Part shown: positions 19,446 through 32,838 of the stretch, in pieces
Layout of the letters: each line of letters starts with the position of its first letter
Position numbering within the stretch: position 1 is the first letter of the stretch
NCBI GenBank assembly: GCA_965112735.1
Contig: OZ218958.1
Location: 1 to 64,000, forward strand
From: Phaeosaccion multiseriatum
Taxonomy: Eukaryota; Protista; Ochrophyta, other classes
Length of the DNA: 64,000 nt
Direction: 5' to 3'
Translations under genes and position numbers: made by a program
The notes under the pieces: model-generated
Database searches by the model: none
What the model saw: the letters and a program-made list of their open reading frames with translations, nothing else
Told to the model about the DNA's origin: nothing

Positions 19446-21397
19446 TCAGTCCTCTGCACCTTGGCCGTCCTCCTTCTCGCCCTTCTCCGCCATGCCCAGG
19501 AAGGCGAGGGACAGCCTGCTCCGAGGGCGGGAGTGGCCTGAGGCGGGGTCTGGCGGTAGGCTCGTCTTGACCACCTGCACGCGCACCTTCGCACCCGCCT
19601 GCACCGCCATGTGCAGGTTAGACCCCTCCCCCTCCATCCCCTCTTCCGCCTCCTCCTGCGCCCCGAGCGCCGCTAGCACGCTGTACATGTCGAGCAGCGG
19701 AGAGGCCAAATGGGGTCCGTAAGTCAGTAAGTCCGTAAGTCCGTAAGTCAGTAAGTCGGTCAGAAGGTGCGCAAGTAACGTACCACCCCGAGGCGCACTT
19801 CCCCGCCTCCACTCACTCACCTTTCCTTTGGCACCTTGAACAGCGGCACTGCGCCAATGTCCACAAGCAGATTGCCCAGGCTCACACGCGCCACGACTCC
19901 CTCTGCACATCGCGAGGGTTAGGGTTGGGGGGGGCAGCAAAACTGTCAGAAGTGAACAACCATCGACCAAGGCGGCTGGTGTGGAATGGGGTGGGCCCAG
20001 CGCACGATGGCATGGGATGCGATGCGTGCCATTCACCTTCGCGGCTAAGCCTAACCCTAAGCACCGCACACATGCAACCCTCCAAACAGTGAGCACTCGC
20101 TCTACGTGTCTCCCCGCACCCCCCCACCCCCCATCATCTACTCCCTCTACAGACCCACTCAGACCCACTCCTGCCCGCTGCTCACCGATGCTCTGCCCGT
20201 CCTGCAAGTCTGCCAGGTTGACGCTTGTCTGCAGACGCCGCGCCCTCCTCTCCTTCTTGACCACTTGGCGGTGCTCCTGCCGCACCTCCTTTACCTGAGG
20301 AGGGCCAGGGGACGAGGGAGGGGGGGGCACAGTTGGTGTTGTCCCATGTGGGCAGAGGAGGAAGGGAAGGGAAGGAGCGGGGCCTCCTGTTTGGTCTGGC
20401 CCACCTTCTTAGGGGTGACGCTCGCATCCAGCGTGAGCGTGTATCGGCCGCTGTTCGGGAACACGTCTTTCACGTACACCGTCACGTGCGCGCCCTTCTC
20501 CAGCTGCTGCTTGTTGGGCGCCTTCTTCCCCTCGGCCTGACTCAGACAGACGCACACGCAACAGAAGGACGAGACAAGAAAACAGTTTACATGACGTGAG
20601 CAAGGCGGCCGATGCGATACTCTGAGGGCGGGCTCTCTCTGCCTCTTCCTGTCTGTCGAGGACACACGCAGTCCAAGGGGAGAGCGAGGAGGAGCAAAGG
20701 GGCGCGCCTCTCCCCACGCGCTCACCTTCTCCGCTTCTGTGAGCTGACTCCCTCGTCGAAGCTCCGCGTGGTGCAAGAAGCCGTTGCACTTGACGGCGCT
20801 GCCCTTCTTGCGGCTCCTGCACGTCGTCACATTCGAGAGAGACATACGGGCATGGAGGAGGAGAGGGCAAGTTAGGTGGTAGGAGATACCTGCAGGAGGA
20901 GACAGCGGACACAGAGGGTGGGGGGGTGGACAGAAAGCCAACAAACACAGATAAATACGGAGGGAGAATCGCCCACATGCCACCCAAAGGAAAGTCACGC
21001 ACCTCTTGATGCCGCAGTCTACGAACACCGCATAGGGCTGTACATCCACAATTGAACCTTGCAAACATAGGCCCGTCTTGAGTTCAGAGAAGTCGGTAAA
21101 CTCTCGATGAGCCACTCTGACCGCGTTGGGGCCCCTCCTCGCCTCCACCCTCTTCTCTTCCCTCTTCTCCTGCTGCTCCTCCTCCCCCAGTGACCCAGGT
21201 AAAACCCCCACCCAGTCGGAGGAGGACAAGGCAAGCACACTCCGCTTAGGAGACGCTGCTCTTCCCCGTGGCGCGGCTCCTTCCCGTCTTTGAGGGCATA
21301 GGTGGTTCGGGATGGTGGAGGTGAAAGCCTGCGCCTGTCTCACAATCAGGGCTACCGCGGCTGCCGTCAGCGACGTCCTCGCGCGACACCTCTTCAT
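19446..21397 (-). CDS. S1 RNA-binding domain protein, probably plastid-targeted (about 6 exons)
   Basis: LKTGLCLQGSIVDVQPYAVFVDCG...GFLHHAEL...GAHVTVYVKDVFPNSGRYTLTL (S1). A second S1-like segment reads EGVVARVSLGNLLVDIGA. Signal peptide ends AQA-FTS. GT-AG introns; approximate exons 21397-21003, 20816-20726, 20537-20405, 20294-20186, 19902-19821, 19680-19446. Confidence 0.8.
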
Positions 21398-21668
21398 TAT
21401 CTCCGCTTGGACCGTGTTTTCCCTGCTCCTACTGTCGCTGTTCCTTCCTCAAAGCTTTAATCTCTTGATCCTTGGAAAATCTCTGGCGGTAGAGCCGGAC
21501 CCATCGGGTGCCATCGCGCGGAATTCACTTTCGGATCGATCGAATCCTTTCGCCAAGCGCGTTTTAAGGCTTTCCTCAGCTCCCCGATCACCGCCACGCC
21601 CAGGGCCCGTGGCCTCTCCCCGCTCATTAGGACTCGGATCGTCTCCCCTCGCTTCCAGGCAGGCAGAA

Positions 21669-22910
21669 ATGAGCGTGGTGCAGGTGTCCGTCGCGACGGT
21701 CGCCTTGGGAGGTTCACTCGTCCTCCTGCCTCGGCTATGGGCGGCGCTGAAGAGCTGGAGCCGCGTGGGGATGGAGCGGGCGGGGGAGGGTCGTGTTGAC
21801 CCGCACGACTTCTCGGATATCACCTCCCAGAAGGCGCTGCGCCTGCTGGGAGTGCGGGATGACGGGCAGGAGCTTAGGAAGGAGGTTGGGGGACTGCTGG
21901 CAAAGGTGAGGGAACAAGGGAGGTATAGGGGCTTGACGGAAGGAGGGTCGTCTTCTTCCTCCTTCCCCTCGCTCTCTGCGACTCTCCTTCCGCCCAGCAT
22001 TTTCGCCCCGCACTCTTGATTGAAGGCCCAGTCCCCCCTCTGCCCCTCTTCCGTGACCACTTGACCCCTGCCAGCTGATCCAAAATGAGGTGGTGAACTC
22101 GGGTGACGGCACAGCGCAGGAGCTTCGCTCCATCTCGCACATTGCGGAGTATCTGAGCGCACATGGCATCACCAGCCACACGCACTGCAGGCCCGGCAAG
22201 CCCAACAGACCCAACCTCATCGCGCACATCGAGGGGGGCTATGGCCCGAGGGTCATGTTGGGGCCCAGCCATGTGCGTGAGAGAGACAGAGAGAGGGCGG
22301 GGGAGAGAATTCAAATTTGGGGGGGGGGGAGTGGGCACGTCCACGCGCGCACTCAGTCCCTCACTGTGGAGAAAGAGTGAATGAGACGTCGGGAAGGGGG
22401 GGGCGCGGCCTGGTGCGAGATGGGTTTGGCAGCGCCACCCATCTGCTGCCATCTGCTGCCGTCTCCCCAGACTTACTGACTCCCTGCATCGCCTCTTTTG
22501 CTTTGCTCAGGTGGACGTGGTGCCTGTGAGTGGCTCGGACGGCTCCTCCCAGCCGGAGGGCTGGCAGCACCCTCCCTTCTCGGGGCACGAAGAGGACGGC
22601 GTGATTTTCGGTAGAGGGGCGGTTGATATGCTCGGCCCCTTGACCTGCCAGCTCGTGGCCTTCGTGCGTGTCAAGCAGGCGGTGGAGCGGGGTGACTTGA
22701 GGCTGAGGGGCACCCTGCTCTTCTGCGCAGTTAGGTCAGTGGGTGCATACAAGAGCGAGGACTCAGGCATACAGACATACGGGCTTCGTGCGCCTGTTCT
22801 TCCTGTACCACAAACTTCACGCATGTAGCGAGCGATGGGCGTTCTTTCTCTGCATTTCCGCCCGCCCGCCGCGAAGCAAGGGAATGACACACACACACAC
22901 ACAGATACAC

Positions 22911-22943
<33 letters not shown>

Positions 22944-23295
22944 TGCACACAGAGAGAGATACACAACTGCATACACAAACATTCACCCACGGGGTTGGTC
23001 CAGTCCCACCCTTCCATCCCGCTGATACTCACACACCACTAGTGCTCACCCCTCCGTACCCCCTCTCTTACCCTGTCTTTCTCTCTCTTTCTGTCTCCTC
23101 TCACCCCCCAGCGACGAGGAGGCAGGGTCCGAGGACGGCGTGAAGTGGCTGCTGAGAGACGCCCCTGCCTCTGTGCGGGAACTGTTCCGGGCAGATGTGT
23201 GCCTCACTGAGCTTGGAGGTGAGTGGCCCGTGTGTGTCTGTTCGAATAGGCGTGTGTGTGTGTGTGTGCGTGTGTTTTGTGTGAGTGTGTGTGTG

Positions 23296-23328
<33 letters not shown>

Positions 23329-26300
23329 GTGTGTGTGTGTGTATGTGTGTGTGTATCTGGGACAGCACTAGCCCTTTCCGACTCGGCTTTACTTAGGCTT
23401 AAGGTTCGGCTATACTTTCCTTAGGGTTAGATGCACCCCACAGAGACACCACAACCTACTCACTCACTTTGCTCTCTCCGACGCTACCGATAGGCCCATG
23501 GGCTGCCGTCCTTCCCACTCTTCCAAATTCACTGCGATGCTCCTTCCTCCTCAAGAGTCTCGACTGCCCTTCCCCTTCCCTTCCCCAGCGCTCGTCTTGT
23601 CCTCTTGTGCAGCGTCTATGCCCAAGCTTCACATGGCCCAAACAAAATCGAAATCTCTCTTGAGTCTCTGACGGGACTCTCTCACTTGACTCTCTCAGTT
23701 GACTCTGGCACCTTTGCATCGCTCGGTACTCTGCGAAAATGTCACTTTTCCCCCCCACTCTCCCCCAACTCTTCCCCTGCCGTGTATGCTGTGTACGTAT
23801 GTACTTTCCATGCCCCAGGAGCGACCATCCCGGACCGGATGGGGCGGGGCACCAAGCAGTTCTTTATGAGCAACTCCGAGAAGGGCTGCGCTGAGGTCCT
23901 CGTCAAGTGCAAGGTAGGGGAGAGAGGGCAAGGGAGAGAGGGTGAAGAGCAGAGGGAAGGCGGTAGGGTGCAGAGGGTACAGGGTGGAGAGTAGAGAATA
24001 GAGGGGAGAGGGGTGGAGAAGGCAGAGAGTAGAGAATAGAGGCGAGAGGGGTGGAGAGAAGAAGGCAGAGAGTAGAGAATAGAGGGGAGAGGGGTGGAGA
24101 GAAGAAGGCAGAGAGTAGAGAGTAGAGGGGAGAGGGGTGGAGAGAAGAAGGCAGAGAGTAGAGAGTAGAGGGGAGAGGGGTGGAGAGAAGAAGACAGAGA
24201 GTGGAGAGTAGAGGGGAGAGGGGTGGAGAGAAGAAGGTAGAGAGTAGAGAGTAGAGGGGTGGAGAGAAGAAGGTAGAGAGTAGAGAGTAGAGGGGTGGAG
24301 AAAAGAAGACAGAGAGTGGAGAGTAGAGGGGAGAGGGGTGGAGAGAAGGCAGAGAGTAGAGAATAGAGGAGAGAGGGGTGGAGAGAAAGAAGGCAGAGAG
24401 TGGAGAGTAGAGGGGAGAGGGATGGAGAGAAGAAGACAGAGAGTAGAGAATAGAGGGGAGAGGGGTGGAGAGAAGAAGACAGAGAGTGGAGAGTAGAGGG
24501 GAGAGGGGTGGAGAGAAAGAAGGCAGAGAGTAGAGAGTAGAGGGGAGAGGGGTGGAGAGAAGAAGGCAGAGAGTAGAGAGTAGAGGGGAGAGGGGTGGAC
24601 AGAAGAAGGCAGAGAGTAGAGAGTAGAGGGGAGAGGGGTGGAGAAAAGAAGACAGAGAGTAGAGAGTAGAGGGAAGAGGGGTGGAGAGAAGAAGGTAGAG
24701 AGTAGAGAGTAGAGGGGAGAGGGGTGGAGAGAAGAAGGCAGAGAGTAGAGAGTAAAAAGGAGAGGTCCGTGTGTGTCTCCTTCCCTCGCTGCTGCCCATA
24801 TGCCTCCCACCGCCCGTGCTGTAGGTACCGACTCTGCCCACTCCCCCTTCTGCCCCCGCCTGCATACTGACGCTTACGCCTTTACCCTGGCCCCTCTTCA
24901 TCTCGCCCCTTGTGCCCTGTGCAGGGGCGGGGTGGGCACGGCTCCATCCCTGCCAACGCCTCCAACGCCTTGGAGATGGCCAGCCACGCCGCCCTCGCCC
25001 TGTCGAGCTACAGCCCCCCCTTGGAGCTAACGGAGGAGTGGCGGAGCTTCGTGAGGGCGCTGGACATTCCCGCAGCACTCAAATGGGCGCTGAGCAATCG
25101 CGTGACGCTCCCCGCCGTGGTGAAGCTGCTGCTCAGCAAGGGAAACCCCCTCGGGCCCATCGCGCACGCCCTCACGCGCATGACCATCAGTCCCAACCAC
25201 GTCACAGGGAGTGTCAAGGTGAGGGTTAGGTTAGGGTTAGGTATCAATTTCAATTTAGTCAATGCCTCTGCCTTCTTCCCTGCCTCTCCGACTCGCTCAC
25301 TGGCTTTTCTCACTCCTTAGTCCCCGGTGCTGCACCCCCCACGCCCCCCCATGAATCGCATGAGCATGAATCTCTCGTCTCTTGTGTCTCCCCTCTCTTG
25401 ACAGACGAATGTGGTTCCCGAGGCCGCTACCCTGCACGTGGACGTCCGCACCTTACCGGGGCAGAGCGAGTCTTACATCCATCAACACGTGGAGGCGGCC
25501 CTCAAACGCAGGGGAGGAGACCGCGGGTGAGTGAGTAGGGTGAGTGAGTAGGGGGAGTGAGTAGGCGCAGGGCAGTTCCAGTGCCTGTCAGTGCTGACAC
25601 CCTCCCCATCCCCTCTCAGTCCTTTGGCCTGTGTGGAGGTGGAGGTCATCCACTTCACCCCCGCTACTCGGAGCCCTGTCGTAGGCAATGACGATGGCGG
25701 CCCTGACCCAGGCAAGGAGAGCCCCCCCCCCGTGTGGCGTGCGCTCTCGGAGGCGGCGGTGGAGGTGGTGCCAGGGGCGACACTCGTGCCCGTCATGCTC
25801 CCGGGAGGGACGGACTGCCGCTTCTACAGGGAGGTAAGTGCCCTGCTGTGAGGAGGAGGTGCAGAGGAGGGACGAGGGAGGAGGGAGGAGAGCTCTGCGA
25901 CCGTGGGGTTGGGGGCGGTGCTTGCTTTGTACGCCACGAGCCCACGCCCCTCCCACCCACCCTACCTTCTACCTTCCTCCCTCTCTCCCTCCCTCCCTCC
26001 CGTCCTCCCTCCTCTCACTCTCTCCCTCTCTCCCTCCCTCTCCTACCCCTCCCACATGGCGGGCTGAACTCTCTCAGGCGGGCGCCGCTGCCTTCGGGGC
26101 GAACTTGCTCGAGCCTGCCATCACCTTCGGTATGAGCGGTGGAGGATGAAGGACTGACCAGACATGGGGTGGGAGGGGGGCTCGCAGCAAGGAGGGACTG
26201 TGGTTGGGGGAGGAACAGATCGTGACGCCGATTGAAATTTCCCTTGCCTTGGCTTGCCCCGCCTGTGCTTGTTGTGCTTGTGCTTGTGCAGGGGAGATGA

Positions 26301-26727
26301 TGGCGCGCTTCCACGGGACCAACGAGCGCATCAGCGTCAGGGCCCTCTGGACAAGGTTAGAAGGGGCGTTACAAGGGGTTAGGGTTAGGGTTAGCGGCTC
26401 TTAGCGTTAATGTTAGGGTTAGCGGCTCTTAGGGTTAGGGTTAGGGTTAGCGGCTCTTAGGGTTAGGGTTAGGGTTAGCGGCTCTTAGGGTTAGGGTTAG
26501 GGTTAGCGGCTCTTTGGTTAGGGTTAGCGGCTCTTAGGGTTAGGGTTAGCGGCTCTTAGGGTTAGGGTTAGGGTTAGCGGCTCTACGCTCTACGACTTTG
26601 CCTAGAGCACATATGTTATGTTAACAATGGCTTTGTTGTGGCCCGTGTGTGTATGTGTGTGTGCGTACGCAGTCTGCAGTTCTACACGCTCGTCGCCCAC
26701 CAGCTCTTGGTGCAGGAGGGGCAATAG
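21669..26727 (+). CDS. M20/M25/M40 family metallopeptidase / amidohydrolase with hydrophobic N-terminus (about 11 exons)
   Basis: Spliced motifs GPSH|[51 protein letters not shown] and FHGTNERI. All expected metal ligands are present. Confidence 0.92.
23980..24753. repeat. Purine-rich intronic minisatellite (about 43-bp unit)
   Basis: Repeats of GAGAGTAGAGAGTAGAGGGGAGAGGGGTGGAGAGAAGAAGGCA in a peptidase intron. Confidence 0.9.
26376..26584. repeat. Intronic telomere-derived compound repeat [(TTAGGG)1-3 TTAGCGGCTC]n
   Basis: Directly visible in the last intron of the peptidase gene. Confidence 0.92.
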
Positions 26728-27392
26728 CAGATGGTGACACAGCAGCAGCAGCAGCAGTTGGTGATACGGTAGCAGGCAGCGCCCCGCCTCCCACAGGCCC
26801 TGTGTGCTGTGCGATCGATGCCCCCCTGGGCCCAAGCGGCCCTCCTCCCCTCCTCCCCTCCGATGGCAGCTCATGCGATGGCAGCTCACGGGATGGCAGC
26901 TCACGGGCCGACAGCCACACCACCGAGAGACACCACCAGCTCCACCCTCGATGGACACCGGCAGACTGTACAACATTGTACATGGCAGCAGTGGCTCCGA
27001 TAAGGCACAGGCATGTTGGATGCAGCAGCGAGTGCAGCAGCGAGTGCAGCAGCGAGGCGAAGCAGTGCCCCTGTCGTCCCTGCTGAAGCACCCTTGAACC
27101 CCCTCCTCACGCTCCCAAGCAGGGGCAGCAGCAAGAGGAGATCCGCCAGTAGTGAGATGGACTAGGACTAAGGGATTGTAAGTACGTGTGGGAAGGGGGG
27201 GGCAGCCGCAGGCCCAGACAGACGAGGGAGTGGGAGTGGGAGTGCGGTTGGGGGAGTGGCGCTTCGGCTTCCTCGTGTGTCTTAGGGGGCAAGGGTAGCG
27301 GATTGCCCTCGTTGGTTTCGTGCTAAACACTGCCCATTCAGCCAAGCCTCTCTGACCTAGGGGGGGCGGCCCCACACAAGTATTTGGAAGCA

Positions 27393-27843
27393 CGGGTAGG
27401 GCAATATCGGGTAGGGCACTATCGGGTAGGGCACTATCGGGTAGGGCAATATCGGGTAGGGCAATATCGGGTAGGGCAATATCGGGTAGGGCAATATCGG
27501 GTAGGGCAATATCGGGTAGGGCAATATCGGGTAGGGCACTATCGGGTAGGGCACTATCGGGTAGGGCAATATCGGGTAGGGCAATATCGGGTAGGGCAAT
27601 ATCGGGTAGGGCACTATCGGGTAGGGCACTATCGGGTAGGGCAATATCGGGTAGGGCACTATCGGGTAGGGCAATATCGGGTAGGGCAATATCGGGTAGG
27701 GCAATATCGGGTAGGGCAATATCGGGTAGGGCAATATCGGGTAGGGCAATATCGGGTAGGGCACTATCGGGTAGGGCAATATCGGGTAGGGCAATATCGG
27801 GTAGGGCAATATCGGGTAGGGCAATATCGGGTAGGGCACTATC
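27393..27843. repeat. 15-bp minisatellite CGGGTAGGGCA(A/C)TAT, about 30 copies, intergenic
   Basis: Directly visible; a single variable position. Confidence 0.95.
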
Positions 27844-28114
27844 AGGACATCAGGACACGCACTCTTGGAGGCACACCCATCGTGTGGGAGGGACACTGCC
27901 TCATGCCAGAGCTCTACAGGTCTATGCAGAGCTCCTTCCATTGATGGATTATCGAATGAAGAGAAGACCCAAGTACACCCACATCACCACCCAAAAGTGC
28001 AAGTCAATCGATGAAGCGCAAACTGCACACTTTCCCTCCCCCCCCCCCACAGGACCGTTCAGCCCTCAGCCCCTCTCTCGAACGGCCGCAGCACTGAAAC
28101 GCAAACTGCACTCT

Positions 28115-28665
28115 TCACCCTCCAGCGATGTCCCCAAGGAGCTGTGCCTGCACGAGGCTGTGTCTGGTCACGTCCCCTGCCTCTCTATACAGCGAAAGGG
28201 CCGCCTCCCGCAGCGCACGAGCTGTGGGCCCTCCCGTCAATGCTTGCGCCAATCGCTCCGCTTCGTCCTCCTCCTCTTCCTCCTCCTCCTCCCCCTCCCC
28301 CTCTTGGTTATTGCTGGCCCGGGTGTGTGCCCTCTCTCTGGTGCTGGAGCCTCTGCTCGACTGCCTGTCCCTATCGCCTTTGCTGCCTTTACTGCTCTGG
28401 CGGCCTTTGCGCATGCCCACAACGCCGCTCTCGGGGGGCGGAGGAAGGCACTCTACGGCGTCTCTGACGTAAGCGAGGCACATGAGGGCGTAGGCCTCGC
28501 TCAGGGCGTTTTGGCGGCTTGCTGCATCACCAACTGTTATATCACCAGCTGCTGCTGCTGCTGCTGCTGCTGAGCTGCGGCAGAGTGCGAGGACTCTCTC
28601 GTAGTGCTGAACGTGATGATGATGATGATGATGATGCCGTACGGTACGGAGAGGTGGGAGCGGGG

Positions 28666-28696
<31 letters not shown>

Positions 28697-29095
28697 CACA
28701 CACACACCGGGGAGCACAGCAGCGTGAGAAGCAACGCACACGTTGTTCCAGAAGGGATTCCAATAGGGAAGGAGTGTAGGAGAAGTGCTATAGCAAGGGT
28801 GAGTGGCATCTGTGGCCATAGCAAGGGTGAGTGGCATCTGTGGCTGACTCACCTTCCTTGCCATGCCGTACATGTCCTTGCTTGAACGTGAGGCCCACTG
28901 CCTCTGCTTGCTGCACCTCTGCCCCTCGCCCTCCTCACCCTGCCCCCCTTGTTGGTCGTCGTCGGCGCGCTTGGCCTTGGCCACTCGAAGTAGGAGATCT
29001 TCGGGCTTGGGCCTTTTCGCAGCCCCCCCCCCGCTGTCCCCACGCTCCGGTCTCCTACCAGGGACAGGAGAATCACCACCTTCCTTTTTGCCATG

Positions 29096-29131
<36 letters not shown>

Positions 29132-32100
29132 GTCATCATCATCGGCGGGATCGACGAGGTTCAGCAAGTTAGGGCTAAGGCCCGTGAGGTTGGGGCTCTT
29201 ACCCCTCTTGCGCTTACTGCTATTGGCCACCCTGCTACTGACCGCCTTGGCCTTGGCGTGGATGAGGAGCACATTGGAGGCGACTTCATGCACGTGGGTC
29301 CTCTTGTGCTTCTCCTCGCGCCCCCCGCGCCCCTCCCTTCCCCCCTGTCTCTTGCCCCCCCCCCTCCGATTGTCCCTGCCCTTGATCTTCGAGGGTGTTC
29401 TCTCCCCTCTCTCCTCCTTCTCCGCCTCAATCTCCGCCTCTCTCCTCTCCCTCCTCTCCGCCTGTCGATAGCAAGCGTGCCCCAGACAGAGCTCAGCCGC
29501 GGCTTCCGAGGCTTTCACAAGAGACCCCTCTCTCCCCTCGCAGCTCCTCGCCACTCGAGCATGCCAGGAGAAGTGGTCATACGCCTGTGCGTCGTCGCCG
29601 AGCGCCGCGCAGCACCACCCGAGGAAGCTGTGTGCGCAGGCCCTCTCCCGGGGGGATTTGCTCCTCTCCGCGGCCCTGAGCTGTAGCAGGAAGAGCTCCA
29701 TGGCGGACTCCGCGTCTGCGTGTTGGTACAGCTCGAGACGCCCCAGCGCCCCCAGCACGCGCGCCGCCTCTTCGGAGCGCTTCTCCTGCCCATATGCCTT
29801 GAGCTCCTCTCGAGCCTCGAGCAGGAGGGCCCTCGCCGCGTCGAACTCTCCACATACGACCTCGAGAGACGCCAAGTGGCGCAGGCAAGTCGTCGCCAAC
29901 CTGCAGCGCCGCTTCTCGGACCTTGTGTGAGCGACGACGCGCTGCCCTCCTGTTGGCGGGATTGGGATGTCCCCCCCCCCTTCCCCCTCTTCTGGCCTCT
30001 TCTCCTCCTCCTCCTCCTCCTCCTCTTCTTGTTGTTGTTGTTCTACGCCCCCTCCTACCCCTCCTCCCCCTCCTCCTCTTGCCCCCCCCTCGTCGTCAAG
30101 TACTCCTCCCTCCCCTCCCTCCCAGCTCTTCACCTGGCACCAGCGCCCCCCTCCTGTATCACCAATTCCCCCCCCTACCCTTGCGCTCTGCTCCCGGAGC
30201 AGCTCTAGAACGGTTCTGTAGGGCAAGGCCACCTCTCCAACGGCGTCCCTCAGGCCTTCCATCACCGCCCCGTCCGCTGCCATCCCCTCCCGTACGGCCG
30301 CATTCACTGCCATCCCCTCTTCGCATGCCTGCCCCAGGGGGAGCAGCTCTGCCAGCCGCTGCAGGCCACTAACCTTCCACAGCCATGTGTCGGGCAGGAG
30401 AATGTCGAGCTCGGCCATGCCAAGGCCGCCAATGTTGTCGCCGTTGAGGTCTTCCTCCTCGTCCTCTTCTAAGGGGGAGGCTGTCCCTGAAGGAGACGAG
30501 GAAGGCCGAAAGGAAGGCTGCTGCCCATATGACTGCCGCTGTATCTGTACCACCATCTGCTGTACCACCAACTGCTGCGGCTGCCGTCGCCGCTGGCGGG
30601 GGATGAGGTGGAAGGGCAGGAAGTTCGGTGTCTCGTCGAGGTCCATGCTCAGTCGCAGCATGCCCTGAGCCGCTCCCACGTGCAGGAGAGAGTCACAGAG
30701 CCCCAAGGCCTCGCTCGCCTTCAGCACGCACACGCACACGTCAGACGGAGCAGTGGGTAGCTCGCTGGTACGGAGCAGGCGCGACGTCCGTGGGCGAGTG
30801 TGTGAGGAGGGGGTAGGAGGGATGGCAGTGGATGGTGCGGGGGCCGAGCAGAAAGGCGAGAGCCGTCCTCGGCCTCCCCCTCCACTGCCATCCGCACCCC
30901 ACCCCCTCACCCTCAGTGGAGCTGTGGGGAGGGCGGCAGTGGAGGGGCGTCCCCCTCGTCCATGCCTCCCCCCCTCGGAGTGATGTACGACCAACTGCTG
31001 TACCTCCAACGGCTGATGCAGTGCCACCTCCCTCAGCAGGAGCTCCACCCTCGCGTGGGAGGAAGCCAGGCTCTGTTGCGGGGCCTGTGTGAGGAAGGAG
31101 GAGGGAGGAGGGGAAAAGAAGGAGGGGGAAACCCATGCCTGGCATCAGCGTCAAAATGTAGCGGCGAGGCTGTTGCACGTACCACAGCGTAAGGCAAGGA
31201 AGGCCTTGACTAATGAATGAGTCACTCACAAGTCAGTCACTTGGAAGGCATAGATAGGACTGACCCACTCACCATGAGACAGAGCTGCGTGTCGCTGAGG
31301 TGCAGCAGCGCTCTGAGGCGCGTGCGCGAGAGAGTCGAGAGAGAGGGCTCTTCAGAGATCAGCGCCATCTGTGAACAGAGATGTAGAGGCGGCGGGCAGG
31401 CGATGAGGAGAGGCCCAGGCTGCTGTCAGGCACCGCTTGCCCATGTACCCCCAACATGTAGTACCTCTGTATACCTCGAGCTTGCTTAGGGTTAGGCCCC
31501 CCTCCCACTCACCAGGGGCATGCTCGCCTCGTCGGCCTGTCTCTCCTGCTGTGACTGCTGCTGTATCACCAACTGCTGCGATTGGGGCTTTATTCTGTCT
31601 AGCAGCTCCAGCTGGCGAAGAAAGCACTGCTGCGCCTCGGGCAAGTTGGAGTGTGAATGTGAATCAACGCCCGCCAGCAAGATGCGGCCCTGGCGGTTGG
31701 GTTGAAAAGAGGGAGGGGCGTGGGTGCGTATAGGTTCGTGTGGATTGGTGTGCGTGGGTGTGCATGTGTGCGTGGGACCGGTGCGTAAGGCGCAGGGCAG
31801 GGGATGGCAGTGGATGGATAGATCAGGGGATGGCAGTGGATGGACAGAACAGGACAGGAGAGGACAAGCAAAGAGGGAGAGAGAGAGAGAGAGAAAAGCT
31901 AACCCTACCCCGACACTGATACGACTGTGTCCTGACACTGGTACTTAGGGCTGTGTCCTGACACTGGTACTTAGGGCTGTGTCCTGACCCCACTGGGTAT
32001 GAGGCACGCACTCCCCAGGAGCCCCTTCATGAGCGCACACTAACGCACGCACCTGCAGCCCTTGGGTGAGAGCCATGAGGAGAAGGCTTTGGTTAAGGAG

Positions 32101-32789
32101 GGGGAGGAGCGCCGCGCAGCGCATGGCGGCCTCGCACGCTTCCGAGGCAGCGCCAAGGTCCCACAGAGGGGGAAGCAACAAGGCCTCCGCCATGCCGCGG
32201 TAGAACAGCCACACGAACAGGGCCTCCCGCAGCTCACCCAGCCCCCCTGCCTCCCCCTCTGTGCCAGGGCCATGTGCCGTCCCTCTTGCCGCCTTGTGCT
32301 GGAAGCGCATTGCCGCTGCCCGCATGCTCAGCAGGGCCCTCACCGCATCTCTTGCCCGCCCGAGGGAAAGGTACGCGTCGGCAAGCTCTGCCCACAGGTC
32401 CAGCGTCAGGGGGGAGGGGAGGTGGGGGGGGGGAGGGGGGCCGTTGGGGGGCCCACTGCCGCTGTGCCCCTGCTGCGACTCTCGCTCACCTTCTCCTCCC
32501 CCTTCTCCTCCTGCTGCTGCTTTTGGCGAGGGGGGCGGGGCGGGGTGGTTAAGTTTGTTGACATACACGGTCGGAGCATGGCAGCGGGTGGCAGTAGATG
32601 GCAGTGGATGACAAGTTGGGGAGCCTCACCCTCTCCCGCCGAGCCCCGCACATCAACACACCCACGTACCTGTCCGATTCGTCTCGGCCTTCGACTTTGC
32701 TCCCGCCGTGCGGTGAGTGCCCACGCTCGGAGTCACCGACCGCGCATCACCAACTCCTCCCCCTCCTCCCTCTCCTCCCTCTCCTGCTC

Positions 32790-32838
<49 letters not shown>

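Noticed and set aside
23695-25078. 371-aa and 391-aa minus-strand ORFs, and similar ORFs over the 15-bp, 11-bp and GACA repeats
   Set aside because: They are translations of intronic or intergenic minisatellites.
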